Shown here in pieces: positions 35,619 to 41,911 of a stretch of DNA of 41,911 bases (position 1 is the first letter of the stretch; each line of letters starts with the position of its first letter). Under the pieces are notes generated by a model. That model made no database searches, was not told the origin of the DNA, and worked only from the letters and a program-made list of their open reading frames with translations. This DNA comes from a virus. The position numbers and the translations under genes were made by a program. The stretch is from the IMG/VR virus record IMGVR_UViG_3300029893_000022, positions 1 through 41,911 of that record. One strand, given 5' to 3'.

Positions 35619-36311
35619 TTATATCTCATCATACCACCCAAACTCTTCCGGCGTATATAGGCGATGATGATTGTTCTCTGCCACAATCCAGGGATCGCTA
35701 ACAGGCAATCCCTCTAACTTGCGCCATACCAGCCACAGGTGCGATAACCACACTTTTATCATCTTGCGCATGGCGGCGTTATGCTTGTGCAGCTTTGTCC
35801 AATCTTCGCGGCTTTCGTACTCCTCGCGCGCCTTGTCGTAAATGTCGCGATAGGGACTGCCGGAGCGCAGGAAGGATGAACCGATCAAATAGCAGGTTGT
35901 CTTGAGGCGAATGTTGTAATGGAGTTTCTCGCCCTTGACCGGCTTCTCGCGTTCTCCGTTGATGACGGCATAACCTGCATACCGCCAAAGGGCGCTGATG
36001 GTATCGGCGCGGTGGATGTCAATCATCACCACCGTTTTCAGAGCAAGTGTCTTTCCGACGCCTCTCACGCGGCACATATATTCCACAATCGGAAAATCAT
36101 CCGCCAAATCTTTGATGGATGAATCCAGCTCATCTTCCAACAACTGGAATTTGGTCATCCACTGCTCGATATAATGGCGGTACGTTGGATTATCAGTACC
36201 GCGGTCTATTGCGGACAGGCGATTGCTGAATTGAATGCGTGCTTTCTGGATGATTCGGTCTCGCAGATCAACCAACGCACGGGCTAAAACTGAAATAGAT
36301 GGGTCTGTCAT
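35619..36311 (-). CDS. IS110-family recombinase C-terminal domain-like protein (coiled coil plus helix-hairpin-helix), lacking the N-terminal DEDD catalytic domain
   Basis: AAGGAGAG RBS and ATG at 36311; VRGVGKTLALKTVVMIDIHRADTISALWRYAGYAV and HNAAMRKMIKVWLSHLWLVWRK resemble the conserved C-terminal (Transposase_20-type) region of IS110/IS116/IS902 proteins; only 230 aa; no DEDD motifs. Confidence 0.6.
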   Translation of the reverse strand: MTDPSISVLARALVDLRDRIIQKARIQFSNRLSAIDRGTDNPTYRHYIEQWMTKFQLLEDELDSSIKDLADDFPIVEYMCRVRGVGKTLALKTVVMIDIHRADTISALWRYAGYAVINGEREKPVKGEKLHYNIRLKTTCYLIGSSFLRSGSPYRDIYDKAREEYESREDWTKLHKHNAAMRKMIKVWLSHLWLVWRKLEGLPVSDPWIVAENNHHRLYTPEEFGWYDEI

Positions 36312-36361
36312 GATATTCTCTCCTTATATAGTATGTATGGTAACGCTTACTGATCTTAGGT

Positions 36362-37215
36362 TTGCTTCCCAATTCCGGCTCGCTCTCAACGAATGGACTG
36401 CTCTTCCTTAATGGCTCGCTCTTTTTATCTGGGTTTCTGCATCGAAATAGCTCGCTCCTCTCGTCTGGATTGATTGTTCATTGTGGCTCGCTTATGCTCC
36501 ATGGGTTACTTTTCGATCCTGGCTCGCTTTCCGTCTCTGGGTTACTTAGAGATGCTGGCTCGCTTGCGCGGGATGGGTTACTCACGTTGCCTGGCTCGCT
36601 TCATTATCCTGGGTTACTTGACCTTTGTGGCTCGCTTACTTGGTTTTGGTTACTCGTCAATTATGGCTCGCTTCTCGCATATGGGTTACTCCGTTATTCT
36701 GGCTCGCTTGCGCAGGTTGGGTTACTCACTGCGTATGGCTCGCTTACTTGCCATGGGTTACTCACCGCGTCTGGCTCGCTTGCATATCCTGGGTTACTCC
36801 TGAACTTTGGCTCGCTTCAGCATCGTGGGTTACTCTCCGCGTCTGGCTCGATTGCAGTAGTTGGGTTGCTTTTACAGTTCGGCTCGCTTCCCGCACGTGG
36901 GTTATGGGTTACTCATCTTCAGTGGCTCGCTTTCGGTTTCTGGGTTACTTTCGCCTACTGGCTCGCTTTCTGACTCTGGATTACTTGTATGCAATGGCTC
37001 GCTTACACATCGTGGGTTACTCTCCGTGTCTGGCTCGCTTGCATATCATGGGTTACTCCTAAACAATGAATGGCTCGCTTGCGCGGGATGGATTACTCAC
37101 GTTGCCTGGCTCGCTTCTCCAGCTTGGGTTACTCAAGTTGCCTGGCTCGCTTCGTCATCATGGGTTACTTTTCAAGGGTGGCTCGCTTTATTCATTCAGA
37201 ATGGCTCTTCCATTC
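36362..37215. repeat. tandem array B of the same 36-bp dimeric repeat, about 23 units
   Basis: Same cores and orientation as array A; includes segmental duplications (for example GGCTCGCTTGCGCGGGATGGgTTACTCACGTTGCCTGGCTCGCTT at about 36563 and 37071); upstream (5-prime) of gene 35619..36311. Confidence 0.85.
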
Positions 37216-37410
37216 CTCGCGCGGATCAATACCGAGTTCACGACAGATATAGATGGCTTCATCGCGCAATATCTTGTTGGACTCCACCTGATCTGACAGG
37301 AATTCGAACGCTGCATCTTTGCCATGACGACGCATCTTATTAATCGCCGTCTGACGCGCTATGACAAAAGGCATGTAAGACAATGGAATGTCGTCCATCT
37401 TATCCTCCAT
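37192..37410 (-). CDS. hypothetical protein
   Basis: 72-aa ORF; an internal ATG at 37398 is preceded by GGAGGA. Confidence 0.4.
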   Translation of the reverse strand: MEDKMDDIPLSYMPFVIARQTAINKMRRHGKDAAFEFLSDQVESNKILRDEAIYICRELGIDPREEWKSHSE

Positions 37411-37485
37411 ACATCCAGGTCAATATGATTCCGATCAATGCCATCAGCACCAGGGCTTCCAACAGGACAAGAACCGCTCCGAGTT

Positions 37486-37974
37486 TCATTGCTGCACCTC
37501 TTGGCTGAAAGCCTCCGGCGGCAATGCACCAACCGGAAGCAACATCAACCCAACCAGCGGCACGGTAGCATTGGCAGCGGAGCGCAACGCAGCCTGAACG
37601 GCAGGAACACTTCCCATCACTTCTTGCCATCCGTGCGCCTTGAGTTCGGCAGCGATCTCCCCCATCGTCTTTGGCAAGACATAATTACCCTTGCCACCGG
37701 TCAGGCGATAGAAAAGCGCAATCGGATCGCCGACGTTGCAGTCGAGACAGGCAAAGCCGAACCCATCTGCAACGCGCCAGACGACAAGAGTTAGATTGTC
37801 TTTCCACAGGACGGCAGTTCCGGGGGCGGCGTTGAGTGCCGCCCGGATGCCTTCACGTGTGGCAGCCGGCTGGAGGGGTACGATCTGCCCCTCGGCGATT
37901 GGCGCTCCAGCGCAGGCCGCAAGATTGAACGCCAACCAGATCAAGATCATGTGTTCGAACAATTTGCGATACAT
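37486..37974 (-). CDS. lipoprotein (putative)
   Basis: Start taken at ATG 37974 with AAAGGAGATAACG RBS (the listed ORF extends to 38109); signal peptide with lipobox-like LAAC. Confidence 0.5.
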   Translation of the reverse strand: MYRKLFEHMILIWLAFNLAACAGAPIAEGQIVPLQPAATREGIRAALNAAPGTAVLWKDNLTLVVWRVADGFGFACLDCNVGDPIALFYRLTGGKGNYVLPKTMGEIAAELKAHGWQEVMGSVPAVQAALRSAANATVPLVGLMLLPVGALPPEAFSQEVQQ

Positions 37975-37987
37975 CGTTATCTCCTTT

Positions 37988-38326
37988 CTATGGATAGGGT
38001 GGATATGGATATGGGGTAGATATTGGCGGATATGGTTCTGGAGTTTCCGTCGGTGTTGCCGGATAGTAAGGGTCTGGGAGCATAGGTGTTGCCGTGGCCG
38101 GTTCATCAATGTTCAACGGAGCGCAATTCAGATATACCTTTCTGGTAATGCGCAGCTTCTTAGATAGCGTCAGGTTGCAAGTGTACCAACCTGGTTGCGG
38201 AGTGCCGTAGATCACTTCGCCTTTTATCATCACGCCCTCAATCTCGGCATGAGCCAGGCCTTGTTGGATAGTCAGCAGCAAGACGGCCAACAATGTTATT
38301 CCGGTTGCAAATTGAAATTTACTCAT
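37988..38326 (-). CDS. secreted protein with Pro/Tyr-rich C-terminus
   Basis: GAAAGGAGAA RBS; signal peptide MSKFQFATGITLLAVLLLTIQQGLAHA; C-terminal PYPYPPYP tract. Confidence 0.5.
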   Translation of the reverse strand: MSKFQFATGITLLAVLLLTIQQGLAHAEIEGVMIKGEVIYGTPQPGWYTCNLTLSKKLRITRKVYLNCAPLNIDEPATATPMLPDPYYPATPTETPEPYPPISTPYPYPPYP

Positions 38327-38556
38327 CTGGTTCTCCTTTCGTTGAGATGTGATCCAAGTTTTATCAGCAGCTCTACTGCGCCGCAGACACCCAGGCCACG
38401 CACCTGGTTGGTCAATAGATTGATCTGCTTGATGATCTTCTGTCTTTCTGATTCGCTCAAATTATCAAAACGATCCAGGTAATATCCACTATCTTCTAAA
38501 CTGGACGTTGATAATTCTTTGCGAATACGATACTCGGTGATGATGTAATCTACCAT
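38323..38556 (-). CDS. hypothetical protein
   Basis: 77-aa ORF overlapping its neighbours by a few nt. Confidence 0.45.
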   Translation of the reverse strand: MVDYIITEYRIRKELSTSSLEDSGYYLDRFDNLSESERQKIIKQINLLTNQVRGLGVCGAVELLIKLGSHLNERRTR

Positions 38557-38780
38557 CAGTAAGCCTCTAATCCGAGATAATGAATAATTGTCAAGGCGGC
38601 TTCATCTGCCGAATTACAATAGGCGCAATAGTAATCTTTATGCCCAAAATTTATTTCGGTGTCACTGAGTGCAATGAATAATCCTTGATATTGACCGCGT
38701 GGATAGGGCAGGAAGAACAATAATTCCTTTGATTCCCGCGCAGCCCATTCAAGCAATGCGATCATCTCTTCAATATTCAT
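38556..38780 (-). CDS. hypothetical protein
   Basis: 74-aa ORF. Confidence 0.45.
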   Translation of the reverse strand: MNIEEMIALLEWAARESKELLFFLPYPRGQYQGLFIALSDTEINFGHKDYYCAYCNSADEAALTIIHYLGLEAY

Positions 38781-39298
38781 ATCTCACCACAATCCAAAAC
38801 TTTATAACGGTGTATCACTGCTCCTGCCTCATCCATCTCTACAGGCGATAAATCTTTACCGCGCTGGTCTGGTCTGAGATAAGGCAGATCAATTGACCAC
38901 ACTTCTATTGCAGCAGCCGCGATGGACAGCGGAATATTTCCTATGACAATCCTGCCATCAATTTGAGACACATCTTCTACATGGTCAATGACTTTGCAGG
39001 AGGTATATCCGCGTTGTCGTAGCCACTCAATTGCTCCGGCATGGCGAGAGACAATGATGTAATAATCTGAAGAATGATTCGCCAAAACAAACTGGAGTAC
39101 ATTCTTCTCAATTGCTTCATCCACCAATGCTTCTGGATAACCATCCATAAGCGCATAGTGGCGAGCTTTGTCTTTCCAGCCTTCTTTCTCAAGATCAGAA
39201 AGAGATGGTTCTCGTGAAAGATACCAGGATTCTATGGCAGCCAACCTATAATTGCCTGCATCAACATATTGTTCAATTAGTTTATATGTGTCGTTCAT
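38777..39298 (-). CDS. hypothetical protein (173 aa)
   Basis: AGGAGAAAGA RBS; no family recognised. Confidence 0.5.
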   Translation of the reverse strand: MNDTYKLIEQYVDAGNYRLAAIESWYLSREPSLSDLEKEGWKDKARHYALMDGYPEALVDEAIEKNVLQFVLANHSSDYYIIVSRHAGAIEWLRQRGYTSCKVIDHVEDVSQIDGRIVIGNIPLSIAAAAIEVWSIDLPYLRPDQRGKDLSPVEMDEAGAVIHRYKVLDCGEI

Positions 39299-39479
39299 TC
39301 TTTCTCCTGATCCAATCGTTCAGATGTTCTGGAGCAACAACAGTTTCGAACATCTCTAGCGTGTCATAATAATTGCGGCGCAAGTCTGCTACGATTTCTT
39401 CTGCGGTGGGGCGACAGTACTTCTGGCAAAACTCGCGCCGCGCCGGGGTATCCTTGAAGATGCAATCAGAACAGATCAT
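39282..39479 (-). CDS. small Cys-containing hypothetical protein
   Basis: Start taken at ATG 39479 (MICSDCIFKD...); C-x2-C and CxxxC motifs. Confidence 0.45.
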   Translation of the reverse strand: MICSDCIFKDTPARREFCQKYCRPTAEEIVADLRRNYYDTLEMFETVVAPEHLNDWIRRKNERHI

Positions 39480-39606
39480 GAGCAATGCTCCATATTCCCA
39501 GCCCTACCAGGCATAAGCACGCCCAGATCAGACTAGAAAAGATCGTAGCGTAGATCATGCCACGGAAGAATGGATTGACAGGTGGGATAGGATCGTTGTC
39601 ATCCAT
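39466..39606 (-). CDS. small membrane peptide (46 aa)
   Basis: Not in the ORF track. GGAGGCTATTA-ATG; MDDNDPIPPVNPFFRGMIYATIFSSLIWACLCLVGLGIWSIAHDLF has one TM helix. Confidence 0.35.
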   Translation of the reverse strand: MDDNDPIPPVNPFFRGMIYATIFSSLIWACLCLVGLGIWSIAHDLF

Positions 39607-39728
39607 TAATAGCCTCCAAGCCATGCAACGACGGCATGTAACATTGCCGGATGCGCTTCCAGGAATAGATAGAAGGCATACAACAAGACGAAGAAAGCCG
39701 CAAGTAGGATTGTCTGATGGTCATTCAT
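39606..39728 (-). CDS. small membrane peptide (40 aa)
   Basis: Not in the ORF track. GGAGGAAATATA-ATG; MNDHQTILLAAFFVLLYAFYLFLEAHPAMLHAVVAWLGGY. Confidence 0.35.
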   Translation of the reverse strand: MNDHQTILLAAFFVLLYAFYLFLEAHPAMLHAVVAWLGGY

Positions 39729-40876
39729 TATATTTCCTCCGGTGGAGGTGAATCGTCCATTAGAAATTGTTGTCCTTCGGCGAGGAGAGCTTCATTGTAT
39801 GCTGCCTGAGCCTCCTTGTAGGCCATTGGATCAGGTTGATAATCGCCGCCGCTATCCTGAGTTGGTTTGAGCCAATCCAGCGCGGCCAGGATCATAGGAT
39901 CGGGAACATCCTTCATGCTGTCCTGACCGAACACATACCTTTGAAAGGTATGGCGTTTGTCATCGTCCTGGAAAATCTTATCCAGGAGCATTGCTACCAG
40001 GCCGCGTTGCTTATTGGATGCCGTCTTTTCCTTGTATTTTCCGGCTTTGATGGCGATGGCTTCCACCAATGCGGCGGGGGGGAGTGGGCGTTCAAATTTG
40101 CCGGGCTTGGGTTTCGGTGCCGATGTCTCGAAGCCGAGTTCTTGCATGATTTCATTTTCGCTTCGTCTTTCGGCTTCGGCGAATGCAACATCCACAGATG
40201 GAGCATCTATGAATTCTCCCTCGATCTCCTTCTCGGCCTGTTCTATAATGGATGCGTCATTTGGGTCGAGGTATCCCCAACGCATGATGAGGAGGCGGAG
40301 AACAGTCTTGCGCTCCATCGCCTCCGGGTCTTTACGCCAGATGCTCTGTTCATTGGAATAGTTGTTCGGATTATATCTCTTGGCGTGGGCATGGATTTGT
40401 TCGACGGTCATGTAAAGGGTTTTTCTGAACCCATTGACCATCTCGAAGGCGCCCAGCCATCCGATCACCTTGTCGCCTGTGCGCGAACCGCCGATCGTGT
40501 GCAATCCGGTGATGCGATCTTCGATCACTTCTTCCCCCTCGTAAATCTTACCGACATTGATATATCGGTACTGGCCGGTTCTGACGGCCATATCGTAAAA
40601 GCCTTTGTATCCAGGCCAGAAAACAGCTTTACCTTTGATCGGAACGATATAGGCCTGTCGTTTCGAGGCATCCACAGACAGACGCAAGGTGGCGGCACGC
40701 ATGGCTGCCACAAAAATTGATTGCGGCGTACACTGTTGGAGCTTACCGGTTGGATCGTTCGCCACGGTAAGCAAAACCGATGAAATGTAGGAGGCGGCGT
40801 TGTCCTTTCCCAGGACTTCTGCGAACTGAGACATCACTGCCTCAGATCGCATATACAACTCAATTTCGTTGCCCAT
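39728..40876 (-). CDS. RecT-like single-strand annealing protein (putative)
   Basis: AAGGAGAG RBS; 382 aa; N-terminal half resembles RecT/Red-beta-type annealing proteins by pattern only; acidic C-terminal tail. Confidence 0.5.
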   Translation of the reverse strand: MGNEIELYMRSEAVMSQFAEVLGKDNAASYISSVLLTVANDPTGKLQQCTPQSIFVAAMRAATLRLSVDASKRQAYIVPIKGKAVFWPGYKGFYDMAVRTGQYRYINVGKIYEGEEVIEDRITGLHTIGGSRTGDKVIGWLGAFEMVNGFRKTLYMTVEQIHAHAKRYNPNNYSNEQSIWRKDPEAMERKTVLRLLIMRWGYLDPNDASIIEQAEKEIEGEFIDAPSVDVAFAEAERRSENEIMQELGFETSAPKPKPGKFERPLPPAALVEAIAIKAGKYKEKTASNKQRGLVAMLLDKIFQDDDKRHTFQRYVFGQDSMKDVPDPMILAALDWLKPTQDSGGDYQPDPMAYKEAQAAYNEALLAEGQQFLMDDSPPPEEI

Positions 40877-41183
40877 TTAATCTCTCCTTTATGATCTTAT
40901 TCTGTTCAACGATATGCGCAATGGTTGCGCAGACTACACACTCATTGCAACTGCACCCGCCGGCTTGATAAGTGCTGCGGGCAAGGATCATATTTTTGTA
41001 GGCTTGCTGCCAGACTTCACGCCAGACGGCAGCCAATTCATTTTCGCCATCCGGCACTGTCGTCCATATATGCAGCGCTTCGGCTTCGATCTCTTCGGCG
41101 CTACGTAGCCATTCTGGACGCCAACGGCGGGCATAATGCCCATCGGCTATATTAGCTTGATCTAAGATTGCCCAATCGTTCAT
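40860..41183 (-). CDS. hypothetical protein
   Basis: 107-aa ORF with a CSCNECVVC motif. Confidence 0.45.
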   Translation of the reverse strand: MNDWAILDQANIADGHYARRWRPEWLRSAEEIEAEALHIWTTVPDGENELAAVWREVWQQAYKNMILARSTYQAGGCSCNECVVCATIAHIVEQNKIIKERLNGQRN

Positions 41184-41775
41184 TCTCTGCCTCTTCCTGC
41201 ATTGCTTTCGCCACTAATAAGCGCAAGTACTGGGACACATTCCCTGGAGACTTGCGTCGCAGAAACTCAATCTGTTCAGTAGTCATCCTTACATTGACTA
41301 TCTGCATCGGTTTATTTTCCATCGTTCCTACCTTATCCAGCCCCACAAATACAGTTTCAGAGAGGAATGATGATGAATGCTGAACATTCTCAATAATAGA
41401 AAGTGTCTCGACCAGCCGCGGATCGCGGCGGCTGTTGGGCAAGTTACGGGCTGCCCGATACAGATACTCTGGGTCGCCGATGGCGATCAGAGCCTCGATC
41501 AGCCGCGGATCGTAGCGGCTGTCGGGTAATTCAATGGCTGCTCGATATAGCCAGATAGCTTTACCAATGGCGATCAACGCCTCTAATAGTCGCTGATCGT
41601 ATCGGTCGTCGGGGAGGTCAACGATAGCCTGGTATATCCAGGTAGCATTACCAGTGCCGATTAGCGCATCCAGTATACGCGGGTCGTATTGGCCATATGG
41701 CAACTCGCGAGCTGCCCAGTATAGCTCCTCGGCGACGCCAGATGCAATTAAGCTATCAATATCAAGGGTGTCCAT
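41152..41775 (-). CDS. tandem-repeat protein (27-aa repeats) with in-frame C-terminal RHH-like segment
   Basis: AGGAGAGG RBS before ATG 41775; five repeats of the YDPRLxEALIAIGxxxxLYRAAxxLPxxRYD type; the last 56 codons (from the internal ATG at 41322, preceded by AGGTAGGA) read MENKPMQIVNVRMTTEQIEFLRRKSPGNVSQYLRLLVAKAM, RHH-like. Confidence 0.6.
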   Translation of the reverse strand: MDTLDIDSLIASGVAEELYWAARELPYGQYDPRILDALIGTGNATWIYQAIVDLPDDRYDQRLLEALIAIGKAIWLYRAAIELPDSRYDPRLIEALIAIGDPEYLYRAARNLPNSRRDPRLVETLSIIENVQHSSSFLSETVFVGLDKVGTMENKPMQIVNVRMTTEQIEFLRRKSPGNVSQYLRLLVAKAMQEEAENERLGNLRSS

Positions 41776-41911
41776 GTTCCTCTCCTTTCATTAGTGCCTT
41801 GACCAGCCGCGGATCATAGCGGCTGTTGGGCAAGTTACGGGCTGCCCGATACAGATACTCTGGGTCGCCGATGGCGATCAGAGCCTCGATCAGCCGCGGA
41901 TCGTAGCGGTC
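41762..41911 (-). CDS. C-terminal end of a tandem-repeat protein, 5-prime part beyond the window end
   Basis: Minus-strand frame open from 41911, reading DRYDPRLIEALIAIGDPEYLYRAARNLPNSRYDPRLVKALMKGEEHGHP then TGA at 41764-41762; same frame (mod 3) as the partial gene at 1..598. Confidence 0.5.
   Translation of the reverse strand, partial: DRYDPRLIEALIAIGDPEYLYRAARNLPNSRYDPRLVKALMKGEEHGHP

Noticed and set aside
35060-37215. CRISPR array interpretation of the two repeat arrays
   Set aside because: Conserved cores are only 9-10 bp and alternate between two types with 8-9 bp variable segments (18-bp period); CRISPR needs identical 24-40-bp repeats with 25-40-bp spacers. Several variable segments are duplicated and no cas genes are present.
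36362-37343. Plus-strand ORFs inside the arrays (for example 36362..36973, 36474..36803, 36625..37062, 36861..37343, 35181..35660) as genes for repetitive proteins
   Set aside because: All three plus frames are open at once because the cores lack stops and the variable segments are pyrimidine-rich; none has an ATG with an RBS (36362 starts at TTG); three overlapping frames cannot all be coding.
1-41911. Integrase, tRNA genes, CRISPR-Cas, toxin-antitoxin pair
   Set aside because: Looked for recombinase motifs, cloverleaf-like tRNA sequences and classic CRISPR repeat-spacer geometry; none recognised. The only recombinase-like sequence is the domain-truncated IS110-like protein.

Overview
The window reads as a complete or near-complete ~41.8-kb tailed-phage (Caudoviricetes-like) genome; family calls below are from motif recognition by eye, not database searches. 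The first 79 nt are identical to the last 79 nt, consistent with a circular or circularly permuted assembly, and a tandem-repeat protein gene spans the join. Layout: a plus-strand lysis cassette (holin-like, M23 peptidase endolysin, 732-2020); a minus-strand small-gene operon separated by two copies of a structured RNA element (2066-3148); an HTH gene behind palindromic operators (3467-3976); an iteron-rich AT-rich region (3980-4766); a minus-strand replication/recombination block (VRR-NUC, primase N-domain fragment, Cas4-like nuclease, C5 methyltransferase, HNH, RecA-like ATPase, RHH; 4769-10728); a plus-strand structural block (TerL, portal, 2149-aa giant ORF, scaffold, capsid, glycosyltransferase/methyltransferase cassette, tail proteins; 10909-34761); and a minus-strand block with lipoprotein and RecT-like genes (37192-41911). 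The most unusual locus is 35060-37215: two long arrays of an 18/36-bp repeat flanking a gene that encodes only the C-terminal helix-hairpin-helix domain of an IS110-family recombinase. No integrase, tRNA or CRISPR array was recognised.
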